Part shown: one piece after another, positions 63,808 through 64,000 of the stretch | Numbering within the stretch: the first letter of the stretch is position 1 | Layout: every line of letters begins with the position of its first letter | DNA from: Squalus acanthias | Taxonomy: Eukaryota | DNA: 64,000 nt | Assembly: GCA_030390025.1 (NCBI GenBank) | Contig: CM059447.1 | Span: 18,910,001 to 18,974,000, forward strand | Direction of reading: 5' to 3' | Notes under the pieces: generated by a model | What the model was told of the DNA's origin: nothing | The model's database searches: none | What the model saw: the letters and a program-made list of their open reading frames with translations, nothing else | Program-made: the position numbers and the translations under genes

Positions 63808-64000
63808 CAATCATGGGCAAGAACATGGCAGATAGAATATAATGTAGAGAACTGTGAAGTTATCCACTTTGGTAGGAAAAATAGAAAAGCAGAATATTTT
63901 TTAAATGGTGAGAGACTGGGAGTTGTTGGTATTCAGAGGGACCTGGGTGTCCTTATACATGAATCACAGCAAGTCAACATGCAGGTACAGCAAGCAATTA
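63808..64000 (+). mobile_element. CR1 LINE fragment running off the window end
   Basis: [43 protein letters not shown]. Confidence 0.85.

Noticed and set aside
59100-64000. DUS1L terminal exons downstream (human synteny)
   Set aside because: No recognisable DUS1L peptide in the minus-strand frames I read or in the ORF track.

Overview
Eukaryotic (vertebrate) genomic DNA, very probably from a cartilaginous fish (shark). This is inferred from the repeat families (HE1-type V-SINE, SacSINE1-type Deu-SINE, CR1/L2 LINEs, Penelope), all recognised from memory without a database search. The window holds one complete protein-coding gene on the + strand, GPS1/COPS1 (COP9 signalosome subunit 1). It has 14 core coding exons from ATG 6425 to TAA 57260 (1464 nt, 487 aa), plus an in-frame 198-nt Ser-rich exon at 11788-11985 (553-aa form). 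All introns are GT-AG with matching phases. A CpG-rich promoter lies at ~6220-6720 and several AATAAA signals follow the stop. The rest is intron or flank filled with transposon debris, and almost all ORFs in the supplied track are TE fragments or chance ORFs. I see no evidence for a wholly new biological system. The most interesting structures are: minimal hammerhead ribozyme motifs in four TSD-bounded Penelope insertions (all antisense to GPS1); a near-perfect inverted HE1 SINE pair bracketing four exons; an LF-SINE-like element nested in a CR1; a sense-oriented, intron-containing Harbinger Myb/SANT fossil; MITE hairpins; and a long AG-exclusion zone before one exon.
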